From NCBI RefSeq assembly GCF_006345805.1, contig NC_043016.1, forward strand, positions 1,302,001-1,366,000: a stretch of DNA of 64,000 nt, read 5' to 3'. The translations under genes were made by a program, and so were the position numbers. Below, piece by piece: positions 52,338-64,000 of this stretch. The number at the start of each line of letters is the position of its first letter. The first letter of the stretch is position 1. Under the pieces are notes generated by a model, which had not been told where the DNA came from, did no database searches, and saw nothing but the letters and a program-made list of their open reading frames with translations. Origin of the DNA: Octopus sinensis. Taxonomy: Eukaryota.

Positions 52338-52682
52338 CCTACCCACCCACCTACCTACCTACCAACCTACCTACCTACCTACCTACCTACCTACCTACCT
52401 ACCTACATACATACATACATACATACATACATACCTACGTATCTATCTATCTATCAATTTTATTATTTTATCCTATTATTTGCTTCAGTCATTTGACTGC
52501 GGCCAAGCTGGAGCACCACTGTGAGGGGTTCTTATTTGAACAACTCGACTTATTTCTTAAGCTTAGTACTTATTCTATTGGTCTCTTTGGCAGAACCGGT
52601 AGGATACGGGTCGACGTAAACACAGGAACATCGGCTATCAAAGGGTGATGGGGGATAAACACAGACACGCACACATACGTAC

Positions 52683-52713
<31 letters not shown>

Positions 52714-53324
52714 CATACATACATACATGCATGCATACATACATACATACATACATACATACATACATACATACGTACATACATACATACATACGTACAT
52801 ACATACATACATACATACATACATACATACATACATACATACATACATACATCTTTATATATCTATATATATGGATGTTGTAGCATGGAAATCTAAATTT
52901 TGCTTACAGAGACAGCGACTGAGTATCGCCCGAGGAGACACATATAGATCTTCTTATATAAGTAAATCGCTGAATAATTTAACTTAAACTTAATTTTAAA
53001 TCCTGTATATACGAGGATCTGAATGTATCGAAACATTTGTAGCGATTAAAAAGCTGTCTAACCGTACTTTCTCTTCCTTTTGACTTTTTGACTTTTTACT
53101 TTTTATTTTCACACATGGGGAATACCTAAGATTAGAATTGGTAGTATACCATAAGAATACTACCGGCTATTTGGGAATTCTAAGGGTGAACGAGCTCTAT
53201 TTGTACTCTTATACGTTCTTAACAAAACACACCTCAACTATATATATATATACGCACACATTCATACATACATATATATACATATATGTATACACACTCA
53301 CACACTCACATATACGGCAGGCTT

Positions 53325-53450
53325 CTTTCCGTTTCCTCTCACATGGCTTTCGTTGTCCCGATGCTATAGTAGAAAACACTTGCGAAAAGTATCACGCAGT
53401 GGGACTGATCCTGGAACAACGTGGTTTGAAAGCAGATTTCTTAATACAGA
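53325..53450 (-). mobile_element. tRNA-SINE fragment (family of 56424-56575)
   Basis: GCTATAGTAGAAAACACTTGC..GCAGTGGGACTGA is the reverse complement of the family consensus seen at 56424. Confidence 0.6.
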
Positions 53451-54084
53451 GAACTTATTTTTTAAAAAGTTGGGTAGGTATTGCAACGGTGTAATTTGCT
53501 GAACCGTTATGTTGGAGGGTCATAAAGAAACTAACACCATTTGTCAAGCAGTGTGTTGCGTACAACAACAGGGACACATACACACATAAATATATACATA
53601 TACAAGCAAACGCAGACACACGCACGTACACACACGTACACACACATACACACGTATATTACAGGTCATCTTGAGACAAATAAAAAACATATATATTTGC
53701 AAACAAAGATGTAAACACTCCACACAAAATTGTTTTCAATAGAACATCCTCATCTTTCATATATTAGATTTATAATTAGTGATAAAAGATAATTCTGTTG
53801 AGAGACATTTAAAATATTTGTTTTCGGTTCGTAGATATAGAATTTCTTAAAATCTATCAAGCAAGAGACATCGATAAATTTGGTCCACCTGTTGCTGACT
53901 TTGATTGCGTTTTATCACACCAGACATAACAATAAATTATATATTTGAAAGAGTTAAGATTTCTTTGGCTTGGTATAAATGTCTCTTTCTACCATTGTCT
54001 CAAGAATTTTTCTCTGACATTATTCTTCCAGTGTTATATTTTCAATAATCGTTAACTCAACCGATGTTTGAGTGTCCATAATGG

Positions 54085-54410
54085 CGACGTACGTATGTAT
54101 GTATGTATGTATGTATGTATGTATGTATGTATGTATGTATGTATGTATGTATGTATGTATGTATGTATGTATGTATGTATGTATGTGTGTATGTATGTAT
54201 GTATGTATGCATGTATGTATGTAAGTATGCATGTAAGTATGTATGTATGTATGTATGAATGTATGTATGTGTGTGTGTATGTATGTATGTATGTATGTAT
54301 GTATACATGTATGTACATATGTATGTATGTGTGTGTGTGTGTGTGTATGTATGCATGTATGTATGTATGTATGCATGTATGTATATATGTATGTATGTAT
54401 GTATGTATTT
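54085..54410. repeat. (TATG)n microsatellite (also 54995-55470)
   Basis: Direct reading. Confidence 0.95.
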
Positions 54411-54439
54411 AGTTTCGTTCAAGTTCCTCTTGACAGAGT

Positions 54440-54985
54440 TCAATCAAGTAGCTAACAAAGCGACAAAACTTTTTGAGTTAAGAGAGTTCTTGGTATTTGT
54501 ATATATATGTTCGAGTTGATGCGTTGGTTGACCTGTCAATGCATACACCCAAGTGTGTATATCTATTCACACAAGAATATAAGATGGAGAATTTTGGGAA
54601 TGTCTTACAAATCTGCACTATGTCACTAAAAGATTGGAGAATCCACGACTGTTTCTTCGGTAAACCGAGTATTTCTATGTTTTTGTGTAAATATGTTGGT
54701 GCTTAATTTAATGCACCTATTATGATAGGTACAATCGAGTGTTTATAGTCAGGGTACAAGAGCAGTAAATTCCGCATTAATTCGCCATGAATGTTCTTTT
54801 TTCCTGGACTTTTGATTTTACATTCACATCAGCTGTGCCGATGACATCTACAACGGTGCATAACTTATGTTCCCTGCTCCACAGAACAACATTAAATCTG
54901 TTATGTTTGCACTAAATTGATATTTTTTCTTGGGGTGTTCAACCAGTAATCATTGTTTTTGCGGGTTCTGACTTGCGTTTGATGT
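54440..54985 (-). mobile_element. RLE LINE 3' end, subfamily D
   Basis: Minus-strand translation ..LCTVVDV..ADVNVKSKVQEKKNIHGELMRNLLLLYPDYKHSIVPIIIGAL; a probable upstream piece lies at ~55470-55740 (MWHGFYYQH). Confidence 0.7.
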
Positions 54986-55239
54986 ATACGCCAGATCTGT
55001 ATGTATGTATGTATGTATGTATGTATGTATGTATGTATGTATGTATGTATGTATGTATGTATGTATGTATGTATGTAGTATGTATTATGTATGTACGTAT
55101 GTATGTATGTATGTATGTATGTATGTATGTATGTATGTATGTATGTATGTATGTATGTTGTATGTGTGTGTGGTGTATGTATGTATATATGGTGTTGTTG
55201 TATGTATGTATGTATGTACATATGTATGTATGTAGGTGA

Positions 55240-55270
<31 letters not shown>

Positions 55271-55949
55271 ATGTATGTATGTATGTGTGTGTGTGTATGT
55301 ATGTATGTATGTATGTATGTGTGTATGTATGTATGTATGATGTATGTATGTGTTTATGTATGCATGTATGTATATATGTATGTATGTATAAATGTATGTA
55401 TTATGTATGCATGTATATATGTATGTATGCATGCTCGTATATATGTATGCATGTACGTATGTATCCATACATGCATTCTGTTATCTTCTATTTGAAAATC
55501 ATTTCTCTCTGTAAGAAAGGAGCTGGTTTGTAACAAATCTCCATCATTAGAATGTTGGTAATAGAAGCCATGCCACATGCTGAACTTGAGGAAAGACTTG
55601 CACACTTTTACTCTTCCATTTGCAGAGTATTTTGTAATGTGTTTTTTAGCTGGTTGATTTCTTTTTCTGAACCTATTACAGATTGTCACTTAAGTATTTA
55701 CTCATAAAACTAAGTGCACCAGTTATTATTCGCACAAATGTGAATATATCTCTTAAATGATACTCCAGAACAACATGCTCATCAATAATGTGTAAATGGC
55801 GGAGCTTTCAACAGACATGCATACCCAAATTTTATGCCGCATATTTTAGCCTTTTTTTCATATTTTCTTAGCTTTCTACAGTTCCTAAATCCATGATGCT
55901 AACCGTCAAAACATTTGGCAGGAACATCTACACAAATTTAAGCATCATA

Positions 55950-56200
55950 AATGTTTGTTTGCTTGATCATATGTAGAGCCGACCAGGTCCAGCAGTGCTA
56001 TCCATTGCTGGTGGTCCCATGCCTGCCCCTCTGCATCCTCTAAGGTGATGTCGAGCCACTGGAGATCTTCCTTATTCACGTCCAGCATTCAGGTGCGGGA
56101 CCCGCAGCTGCAGTGTCGAATGAGATTAAAACCCTGGTAGAATGATCTTGCGGGAGACGGAGGACATGTCTTTACCAGCGTAAAGTTCAGGATAGTTATA
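55950..56200 (-). mobile_element. RTE-clade LINE 3' fragment
   Basis: Minus-strand translation ..MLDVNKEDLQWLDITLEDAEGQAWDHQQWIAL resembles the RTE C-terminal W.D...DL...A.DR..WR motif. Confidence 0.5.
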
Positions 56201-56423
56201 GGGTAGGAGGCTATCAGCTGATGCGTGCGGGCACACAGTTCTTTGCTGGAACAAGTATAAATGAAATAACATAAATGCCAAATATACTCAGCTATTGATT
56301 ATGAAACCATGAAATTCATAAGACGTCGGATACGGAGTTACGAACTGTATTCTTTCAAACCAAATGTAAAAGACTAGTAAGAAAATATACAAAATCTAAA
56401 ACTAAGAAGAAACAACATGAACA

Positions 56424-56575
56424 TAGGCGCAAGCGTGGCAGTGTAGTGATAACTTTAATTCTCAACCACATGGTTCAGGGTTTAGTCCCAATGTGTGACA
56501 CCTTGAACAAGTATCTTCTACTATAGCTTCGGGTTGACCAAAGCCTCGAAAGTGGATTTGATATAGGAAGACCCT
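56424..56575 (+). mobile_element. tRNA-derived SINE
   Basis: GGCGCAAGCGTGGCAGTGTAGTG head, GGTTCAGGGTTTAGTCCCA B-box-like, CCTTGAACAAGTATCTTCTACTATAGC body. Confidence 0.7.
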
Positions 56576-56576
56576 T

Positions 56577-56611
<35 letters not shown>

Positions 56612-56612
<1 letters not shown>

Positions 56613-56642
56613 AAGGCTACATTGTTGCAAGAGGTATATGTT

Positions 56643-56698
<56 letters not shown>

Positions 56699-57130
56699 AC
56701 ACACACACACACACACACACACATACATACATATATATATATGTATGTATGTGTGTTGTGGTGGTGTGTGTGTGTGTGTGTGTGTGTTGTGTGTGTGTGG
56801 TGTGAACATATACCTCCTTGCAACAATGTAGCCTTTAAGCTAATCAAGGTATTCTTGACCTGAAGAGTAGCCAGTCGTATACACCTTACTTGTATTTTAC
56901 CACGTCTGAGGTTCCACCCGCTAAGAAACATATGTAGCCCGGATTTTACACACTCCATTCTGTAACACTTGTGTTATTTTTTGTACACTCGGCAACCCTT
57001 GTAGCCTACCGTGAAATATAAATATAATTTTTTTCAGCTCGCCTTCTTCGATAGAGGAAAAAAAATCAACAATCTTCCGTCTCAATAAACCACTATTGTT
57101 CCTGAAAGTTGTTTTTTTTATATTCACAAC
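56612..57130. mobile_element. pLTR-like module with short inverted arm and degenerate hammerhead (56857-56940, +)
   Basis: 33-bp IR at 56612-56644 / 56801-56835 around mirrored (CA)/(TA)/(TG); CTGAAGA-G TAGC...GCTA A-GAAAC(ATAT)GTA with weak stem I. Confidence 0.5.
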
Positions 57131-57204
57131 AGATTGCTCGAAGCTAACATTCGTCCTACACCTCGACCTCTAGATCTTACGTTTATAAAAGTATGTATGT
57201 GTGA

Positions 57205-57235
<31 letters not shown>

Positions 57236-58089
57236 CGCACGCCCTCTTTGTCTGCGTTCGCCTCCCGTCAACGCTTGACAGCAGGTGTTGGCATGTGTAA
57301 CATAGCGTTTCGACCAGAAATGACAGATATAATACATACCAGACTTTAAAAAAATAAGTACTGAGTTCGATTCATTCGACTAAGACATATTCAACGCTGT
57401 TCTTCAGTATATCCTCATTCCAGTAACTGAAACAAATTGAATATATAATAGATAAATGAAGATATATATCGAGGGCTTTCTTGTGATAGACATCTAAGGA
57501 GGATTCCAAATTTCTCGCAAATCAACCTTCACACATGATTTGTTTATAGTGATCAAATGTGTGGTACATTAGATCACATCCTCCATCAAATTGATGCACG
57601 TCAAATGTCGAAATGGTAGTAGAGCAACATGAGTTCGAGTGATTTGCTGAAGGACAAAACAAACCGACTTGTCTGGGAAGCGAAACCATGATCTCGCGAT
57701 TGCTAGTACAACATGCTGAGTACTAGGCAATTCGCGTTCATACGCCACACACATGCACACACACACATACACACACACACACATACACACACACCACACA
57801 CAAGTATATGTATATGTATATATATATATGATATTATATATATTATATATATATATATATATATCTACATATATACACATATATAAACACACGCACATAT
57901 ATGTTTAAACATATGTATACACATACACATACATACATACATACATACATAAATACATACATACATACATATATATATGTATGTATGTATGTATGTAGTA
58001 TATAGTATGTATGTATGTATGTATGTATGTATGTATGTATGTATGTATGTATGTATGTATGTATGTACTCTCTTTTATTCATTTCAGTT

Positions 58090-60922
58090 ATGCAGCTGTC
58101 GTCACGTTGGAGCACCACCATGGTCTTTCTGACTTCACCATTCCTGTATCTGCCTTTTCCCCACCTGTTAGTACATTTGGTGTATAAGTGAGTTTGATTC
58201 TGCTGCCCTCGCCTGTACCTCATGTAAGGCTGTTGGTTCATCGGCTATTGAGGAAGGAGGGTGTCTAATTCATTTTTGAAGACATCCACTTCCACCTTAT
58301 GCAAATTTCTTAATGTTTGTGGCAGGGTATTGAAAAGCTGTGGGCCTTTGAACCTTTGAATATTGCAATATCTGGTCCTTAATTTAGATGGAGTGGATGG
58401 TATCTTTGGTACAATACAATGGCCGCCAATTCTGGCATTTGTATAACACTCAATACCAAAGGTAGGTACTAGTCCTTTAAGGATTTTCCATATGTATATT
58501 ATTGCATATGTTACACGCCTTCGCTCCAAGGAGTAGAGCTGTAGTTTTCTCTGTCTATCCCTGTAGCTCATCCACTGCACTGTTTTAATTTTTTTAGTGT
58601 AGTGACGTTGATGCTGCTTCAAGCTCCGCTATTATTTTGGTACTATGTGGTGACCATAACTGGGAACAGTAGTCCAGGCGGCTGATAACAAAGGTTCCCA
58701 ACAGGGTCAACATAATTTCTTATTCACTTTCTTGAAGGACCTCAGTATCCATCCTGCCAATTGTCTGCACTTTGATGCCATCTTGCTTGTGTGCATATGA
58801 AAAGATGCGTCATTGCAAATGCTGATCCCCAAGTCTTTCACTGACTGTGACTCTGGGATTGTAGTGCCTACGGGTCCTGTTAATGTAGATTGTATGTATT
58901 TGTACTGAGTTTTATTGGAGTACTTGAAATTTTCCGGCATTTAACTGCATGTTGTTTATTTCAGCCCACTTGTTGAGTTTAATCCCGCTGACATCCTCTC
59001 GGTTTTTTATTGCCTGTGATGATTTTGTGTCATTAGCATAGCTAATGACAGTGGCTGTCCGAGTAACTGTGGGCATGTCTAAGAGGGCTATTATGAACAG
59101 CAATGGCCCTAGAACAATTCCTTGCGGGACACCACTTAGGATTTCAGTTTCCTAAGACAGGGAGCCATTGACTGTAACTACCTGTCTTATGTTTTTTAAG
59201 GAAGTCAATCAGTCACTCTCCCAGTTTACCAGCGATGCCAAGGTCTCGTAGCTTATGACTTATCATACCATGATCTACCTTATCAAATGCCTTTGCAAAG
59301 TCAAGGTATATCACACTGACATCTGAATGGTCAAGCAGTTGTTTCAAAACCCAGTCATAGGCGCGGTAAGAGGCAGCTTCTTCCTGGACAGCTATGTATT
59401 GTTCAGTAGGTCAATTTCCTCTAGGAACATTATCAACTTCAAATAATGACTCTACGTGCTTTTGTTCATGCAGTGACATCTCAGAGTAGATGTGGCCTAC
59501 TGGATATTTGATATGTGGGAAGTTGAAATCACCCAGGAAGGGTATGTTGATGTTCTGATCTAGGTTTGTTTAAAACCTTTTCGATGCGTTTGAGGCTATC
59601 CTCAAATATTCCATCTTATTTTGTGGTATTCGGCGGATGATGTATTGTGTATACAACTACATCAGCTTGCTTTATATGTATTATTAAGGTGTTGCAAAGT
59701 GAGTTTGAATGTGACAATAATACAAGAGGTGTGACATCTTCACGGATGTACATAGCAACTCCGCTGTGCCTTCTTCCTCTTCTGTCTGTACGAAAGAAAT
59801 ACATCATACACTGCTATGTGCACTTCCGCATCTGTTACATCAGGAGCTAGATGCGTTTCAGGGCGTGCCATGCATAATGCTTGATTGCATGTAGCAAGTT
59901 CTTTTAGATAGAGAATTTTACCTGTTGCTGAGTTGTAGTAGTGGGTGCGATATCGGGGTAGGTGCGATATCCTGAGCTTGTCACCTGGGTCGGTCTTGTG
60001 CGTTCGAATGCATGGCTTTGACAGCTGCAGTAGTATCTTCTGGGCCATGTTCAGTATAGACTTTTGTTCGAAAGCTGCTGTTCGTACAGCATATTGCCTT
60101 TTGGGGTGCAGAATGCATGCGTTGATCTCTTTCCTACTCTTTTCAGATCCATGCTCGATGATTTCTCTCTGTTTTTGCTGGTTTTGTCTTGGGTTTCCCT
60201 GCTTTTGTTTTGATAAGTTTTGGGATGGGCAAAGCCTCAGCCCTCCCTCTCCTGTTTCTCCATGGCAGCAGGTGCCATTAAGGTGAAATTTACATGCAAC
60301 CTGGGCTCCGTCCGTTTCTATCCTTATGCTTCTTCGGTTTTCCTTTTGGCATTTTGGGTTTTTTGTCTTTTTGCTTGTCCTTCCTGTTAACTTTGGACAT
60401 CAGGTCATCAGGTTTGCTGGCTGTATCAGTTTTTTATCTGCTTCTGTTTATCACCACAGTCCAACTTTGACTATTCTTATTGCAGTTGTTGCTACTGGCA
60501 GTGTTGGTTTTGGGACCAGTAGTGTTCGCAGATTCTTTTTCAGTACTGTTTTTGGGGTCAGTGATGTTTGCAGTTTCATTTTTTACACTGTCTGTTTGTC
60601 CTTCATTGGATTCCAGGCATGCAAGGTCGTCATTGAACACTTCTGTCTCCTTCATTATGTTTTCTAGAAGATTGATAAACGGCTTGACAAGAGCATAGAA
60701 ACGTATGAACTCGTGTTTCTTTCGAGCAATCTGTGCCATGGATCTATGGTAAGCATAGCTTTTGAAGACCGCCGCTATCCGGTCGTTGGACGGAGAACCC
60801 TCGCTCATGCTCCATCCTTGAATAAATAGACGGGGCTCTTCTAACTGCCAATTTCGACGCAGCTTTTGTATTTTGTTTGCCTGAATGTGACTCTGTATGA
60901 ATTTGCTGTTGTTGGTGTCCAT
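58090..60922 (-). mobile_element. CR1/L2-group LINE: ORF1 with CCCH-like fingers, APE, RT; internal deletion between APE and RT
   Basis: ORF 60434-60922 open for 162 aa; CKFHLNGTCCHGETG..(frameshift)FAHPK at ~60215-60290; FRTDRRGRRHSGVAMYIR and LGDFNFP (APE); VISYANDTK (YADD equivalent); LQLYSLERRR.. C-terminus. The GA-rich 60960-62140 segment may be its 5' UTR. Confidence 0.85.
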
Positions 60923-61370
60923 CTGTTGATTTTTATTGAATAAAGAAGAGAGAGAGAGCCGAAATGTTCAGAGAGAGAGAGAGAGAGAGAAAGAGTGAGA
61001 GAGAGAGAGAGGGGGAGAGAGATAGATTAATAGGGAGTTTGCGAAAAGGATACGGATGTTTGTATCGAAGAGATAGAGAAAGGAAAGTTCAATGAGAGAT
61101 GGAATATGAGATAAAGAGTCTGAATCAAGTGGTGTCGTTACGTGTAGGAGAAAAATAAGGTGGTCTATAATAGGATGGGAGAAAGGGAGAAAGAAAGGTA
61201 TCGTAGATGATTCCAAAATAGTGTACTTTACATAGGTGCAAAAATATTTAAATATATAACTTTAGGTACGTCCAGAGAGAGCGAGAGAGAGAAATAATGT
61301 TTAAGGAGAGATTGTAAGAGAATCTAAATAATGTTCAACTTAACGGACGACCTGAGGGGGTGCGAGAGAG

Positions 61371-61411
<41 letters not shown>

Positions 61412-62141
61412 GTAAAGTTATGCACTGAAAAAGGGTTCAAGAGAAGGTGGAAGAAAGAGTGAAAATGGTATCGTCAAGCGCTAAGACGACTCTAAGTAGT
61501 GTATTTTAATTACGTTCAAGAATCTAAATATATAACTAGGAATGTTCAGAAAGAGAAAGAGACAAAGTTAAAGGAGTTAATCGAAAAATAGTTATTTAAC
61601 TCTAGGAGAGTTTAAGAAGAGAGAGTGGACGAAAGAAGGAAGATAAGGACAGGCGTCGCTAAGTGCTAAGATGAATCGAAGTAATAAATGTTAAGGTTGA
61701 GAAAGTTAAGAATCGAAAAATACTTATTTAACACAAGGAAGAAACAAGAAGAGGGATGGCGACGTTATATGCAAAAAGGAATCGAAATGATAAACCTTAA
61801 GGACGTTCGACCAGGTAGTAAATATAAACAAGGAAATCTGTAGAAAATAAAGTGATTGAGGATTTTATAAATACATTCTCGATAAATAAAAAGACTTAAG
61901 ATGCTTAACTTTAGAATATTTACAATAAAATATTTAATTTGAATGTGTGAAAGTTATAATAAATTTGTCTTACCTTATATTCTAGTCAGAGAAAACGAAA
62001 ACAAACTTACTTAAATATCGTTTAACGGAATATAATTAATATTTTTGTCAAAGTCTACGGACACGTGTTTTTGAGCTTCGCTTTAGCAACAAGATTAGTT
62101 AATTAAGCAGAAACAAACACGGACAAAGTCATTTAAAGAGT

Positions 62142-62213
<72 letters not shown>

Positions 62214-62270
62214 ATACATACATACATACATATATATATATACATACATACATACATATATATATATATA

Positions 62271-62797
62271 TACGATATAGTGTATATTTAAACACATACA
62301 GAATCCACTTATAGGGATTCTACGCTTTAGAAAGAACAGCTAAGTTCTATTACCACACAAAAAATTGGGGACAAAATTGACAGGAATAAATTTGGAAATG
62401 AAAAACATTTACCATCTAGTTTCCTGGACCAATTGGTTTCTAATCATGTTTTAGCGAGTCATGGAGAACTCACAAGGTTTGATTTTCTTCATCAGGTCCA
62501 ACCTAGTGCTAAACATATCCACACGAGACAGAACAAGGCTACCAATCTCGAGCTAACTTTTCAAATTTACTGCGCAGACGCAGTCTTTCGTTGGCTACAA
62601 TAAAAAAACCGCCAACTTATTAACCGAAAATTATCCAAAAACTTACAGTATTTAATCATATCAAAGGGAAATTGAATTTTTAAAAAATTAAAAACATTCA
62701 ATTAAAATTTACATTTCCAGTGGTCTAACGCGTAAAAAATTTTACTCAAAAAGACTATATATTAGTCATACGATATAGTGTATATTTAAACACATGA
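62271..62797 (-). mobile_element. 498-bp HHR-bearing unit with 27-bp terminal redundancy (pLTR/retrozyme-like monomer)
   Basis: TACGATATAGTGTATATTTAAACACAT at 62271 and 62769; HHR-like motif at 62423-62500 (-): CTGATGA..GAA-ACC(AATT)GGT-C; abuts (TA)n. Confidence 0.65.
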
Positions 62798-62804
62798 TTC
62801 ATGT

Positions 62805-64000
62805 CATGGATCGACTATCGTAAGGCGTACGATATGATCCCACATTCCTGGATTATGGAGTGTATGAAGCTATTTGGTATTGCATTGAATGTTCAGCGAT
62901 TGCTAGGAAAAAGTAATGGCGAATTGGAGGACGGACCTAACAGCATACGGAAGAAGTGGAGGGATAATAGAAATTAGGAGGGGCATTTTCCAAAGGGACT
63001 CCCCACTGATCTTCGTATTGTGCTTCATAACACTAACACTGATTCTAAAGAAAGCAAAAGCTGGGTATGAATTCAAAAGACACCAACAAAATGTCAACCA
63101 TTTGTTATTCATGGATGACCTCAAACTTTATGGTAAAGATGAAGCCCTTGTCAGTTCCCTCGTTGATACAGTGTATACCTTCAGTGCTGACACCAGAATG
63201 GAGTTCGGACTGAGAAAGTGTGATGTATTAGTCTTGAAAAAAAGCAAAATTAAATGTATTGACAGGAGGTTATGAAGCAGATAGAAGGGACGGGTAATAA
63301 GTACTTGGGGATTTTGGAAATGGATAAATTGATGGAGAAAGTAATGACAGAAAAATTGAAGGTGAAGTACTTGCGCAGACAGAGACTGATCCTTAATTAA
63401 ACAGACGGAACAAGATTTAAGCTATCAATATCTGGGCGGTTTCACTCTTTATATATGGAGCAGGGGGGAATCGCATGGACAGTAGACGAACTAAATAGCC
63501 TAGGCAGAAAGACAAGGAAGTTGCTAAATAGATATGGGACACTCCACCAAAAAAATGACACAGACAGACTGTATGTACCAAGAAAAGAGGAGGAGGAGGA
63601 CTTATCGGATGCAAACACAGCATTAGAGCAGAAGAAAACAACGTAGCATGGTATGTAAAAAATGCCATAGAACTGCTATTATTAGAAGGTCAGGTTTGTG
63701 TAGGATGAAAGATTACGAAGATAAAGCACTGTTCAAACAATTGAAAACGAATGAAACCGAAAATAGGTGGGTAAAGAAAGGAATGTATGAAGAATTTCAT
63801 AGGAATGTTGAAGATAAGACAGACACAGAAAAGAGATGGCTGTGGATGACTAGCAGTGATTTAAAACAGGAAATGGAGGCTCTAGTCTGTGCTGGCCAAG
63901 AGCAAGCATTAAGAAGAAACTACATAAAATACAGAATGGACAACAAAGCAGAAAGTGATAAGTGCAGAATCTGTGGACAAAATGGTGAAACCGTATGGCA
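62805..64000 (+). mobile_element. R4/Dong-like subfamily C, RT to CCHC region (runs off window)
   Basis: WIDYRKAYDMIPHSW, RRGIFQRDSPL, LLFMDDLKLYG; the 3' part matches 19330-19540 (KCRICGQ). Confidence 0.9.

Noticed and set aside
52962-53048. ATCGC...GAAACATTTGTA-GCGAT
   Set aside because: Stem I pairs, but the CUGANGA segment is not recoverable.
53655-54005. MITE with CTTGAGACAA / TTGTCTCAAG ends
   Set aside because: Only 10 bp of inverted match; too short to support a call.

Overview
AT-rich eukaryotic (animal) DNA made almost entirely of transposable-element debris and microsatellites. The repeat families resemble those of coleoid cephalopods, probably Octopus (inference from family recognition, not a database hit). 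I see no host gene, tRNA, rRNA or CRISPR array, and there is a 100-N scaffold gap at 50090-50189. Main components: (1) R4/Dong-like restriction-endonuclease (RLE) LINEs of several subfamilies nested in (TAA)n, two nearly full length (38.3-42.2 kb, 44.2-48.2 kb); (2) Penelope-like elements (PLE: RT + GIY-YIG) and pseudo-LTR-like modules next to (TA)n; (3) CR1/L2-group, Tx1/L1 and RTE LINE fragments; (4) tRNA-SINEs, maT/mariner remnants, MITEs and a non-autonomous Helitron. The most interesting signal is RNA structure. Several unrelated (TA)n-flanked modules each carry a minimal type I hammerhead ribozyme (HHR) motif with a palindromic stem III. One has a canonical core (8239-8320) and one family has a compensatory U3-A8 core (112-152, 13865-13907). 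The stand-out locus is 4022-8004: a near-identical 545-bp unit, each with an HHR-like motif, arranged as about 3.5 direct copies that fold back into about 3.7 inverted copies. This is a ~4-kb palindrome with an 11-nt spacer, resembling a retrozyme or pLTR multimer inserted by twin priming into (TA)n. Ribozyme folds were assigned by eye and activity is untested; element boundaries are approximate unless stated.
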